Shown here: piece by piece, positions 63,162-64,000 of the stretch
Numbering within the stretch: position 1 is the first letter of the stretch
Layout of the letters: each line of letters starts with the position of its first letter
IMG/VR virus record: IMGVR_UViG_3300035703_000083
Span: 2,487 to 66,486 of that record
Strand: one strand, 5' to 3'
DNA length: 64,000 nt
DNA from: a virus
The notes under the pieces: generated by a model
Databases searched by the model: none
Seen by the model: the letters and a program-made list of their open reading frames with translations, nothing else
What the model was told of the DNA's origin: nothing
Made by a program: the position numbers and the translations under genes

Positions 63162-64000
63162 TGACTATTCCCGGTTCGGCCAATCCGCTGCTGATGCGTA
63201 GTGCAGCGCCCACTGCTTATCAGGTGTCCAGAAGCCTGAGATTCAACAGTAGTGACAGTGCCTACTTGTCCAGAACGCCATCATCTGCTGGCAACCGCAA
63301 GACCTGGACCTGGGCGGGGTGGGTGAAGCGTAGTGCGCTGGGAACAACTCAGGTTTTGTTTGATTGCAGAGCCGCGTCGTCTGATTCTCAACTTACAGTT
63401 TTTTACTTCAAAAGCACCGACACTCTTGAGCTAACCGGTCCAACAACCACTTGGTTTACAACCAGTGCTGTATTCAGGGATTGTTCAGCGTGGATGCACA
63501 TTCTCCTTGCGGTTGACACAACGCAAGGAACTGCAAGCAACAGAATACTGATTTACGTAAATGGAGTGCAGATAACTGCTTTTTCTACATCAAGTAATCC
63601 CAGCCAAAATGCTGACTTAGGTATTAACCAAGCGTCAATTCATGGCATTGGCGCTCAAACTACGCCGTCAAACTACTTCAACGGCTACCTAGCCGACATC
63701 CACTTCATCGATGGCCAAGCACTGACCCCCAGCTCGTTCGGGGAAACGGACGCCACCACAGGCGTCTGGGTGCCCAAGGCATATGCGGGTACATACGGCA
63801 CCAACGGGTTCCGGTTGAACTTTGCGGACAACTCGGCAGCCACGTCTACCACCCTGGGCAAAGACGCAGCAGGCAGCAACAACTGGACCCCGAACAACCT
63901 GTCGGTCACCGCTGGTGCAGGAAACGATTCCCTCGTAGACGTTCCCACTAATGGGTCGCAGACGGATACAGGCGTGGGTGGGGAAGTGAGGGGGAACTAT
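63161..64000 (+). CDS. LamG/concanavalin-like tail fiber or receptor-binding protein (3' partial, not in ORF track)
   Basis: TGATG overlap; SRSLRFNSSDSAYLSRTP..AGNRKTWTW.GWVKR, FIDGQALTP..FG, YGTNGF.L.F. Confidence 0.85.
   Translation, partial: MTIPGSANPLLMRSAAPTAYQVSRSLRFNSSDSAYLSRTPSSAGNRKTWTWAGWVKRSALGTTQVLFDCRAASSDSQLTVFYFKSTDTLELTGPTTTWFTTSAVFRDCSAWMHILLAVDTTQGTASNRILIYVNGVQITAFSTSSNPSQNADLGINQASIHGIGAQTTPSNYFNGYLADIHFIDGQALTPSSFGETDATTGVWVPKAYAGTYGTNGFRLNFADNSAATSTTLGKDAAGSNNWTPNNLSVTAGAGNDSLVDVPTNGSQTDTGVGGEVRGNY

Noticed and set aside
1-64000. Prophage or alternative genetic code
   Set aside because: No integrase, att-flanked host genes or broken ORFs; standard code gives full-length conserved genes.

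Overview
This window is 64 kb of a tailed dsDNA phage genome, most likely a siphovirus of picocyanobacteria. The host inference rests on the short Cyano-SP-type class I ribonucleotide reductase, ThyX, DUF4278-type YRG peptides, a Downstream-peptide (glutamine-II) riboswitch and cyanobacterial transcription-factor boxes. Gene order: end of a structural gene; lysis genes (C39-like peptidase, holin-like genes, HNH); nucleotide metabolism and recombination (DUF3310, thyX, dcd, SSB, exonuclease, Sak-like); primase-helicase; small accessory genes; a TerS-like gene; rlpA, FkbM and a glycosyltransferase; an array of small early genes, each with its own promoter; a repeat-dense non-coding block and a GP88 gene (possibly near the genome end); nrdAB; a cluster of structured or tRNA-like RNAs plus the riboswitch; an inverted TerL; portal, MuF-like, three glycosyltransferases, DUF2213 protease and DUF2184 capsid; and a long non-contractile tail module running off the right edge. 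No integrase or DNA polymerase is visible. The most notable by-eye observations are: (1) a compact array of apparent host regulator boxes (Fur-, LexA-, RpaB/HLR1- and LysR-like) at 25.1-25.5 kb; (2) HLR1-like repeats at a near-fixed 30-nt offset from the -10 of several early promoters; (3) two non-tail A_AAA_AAG -1 frameshift cassettes; (4) several unexplained structured RNAs; (5) a head-module glycosylation cluster. All family calls come from motif recognition only; no searches or folding programs were run.
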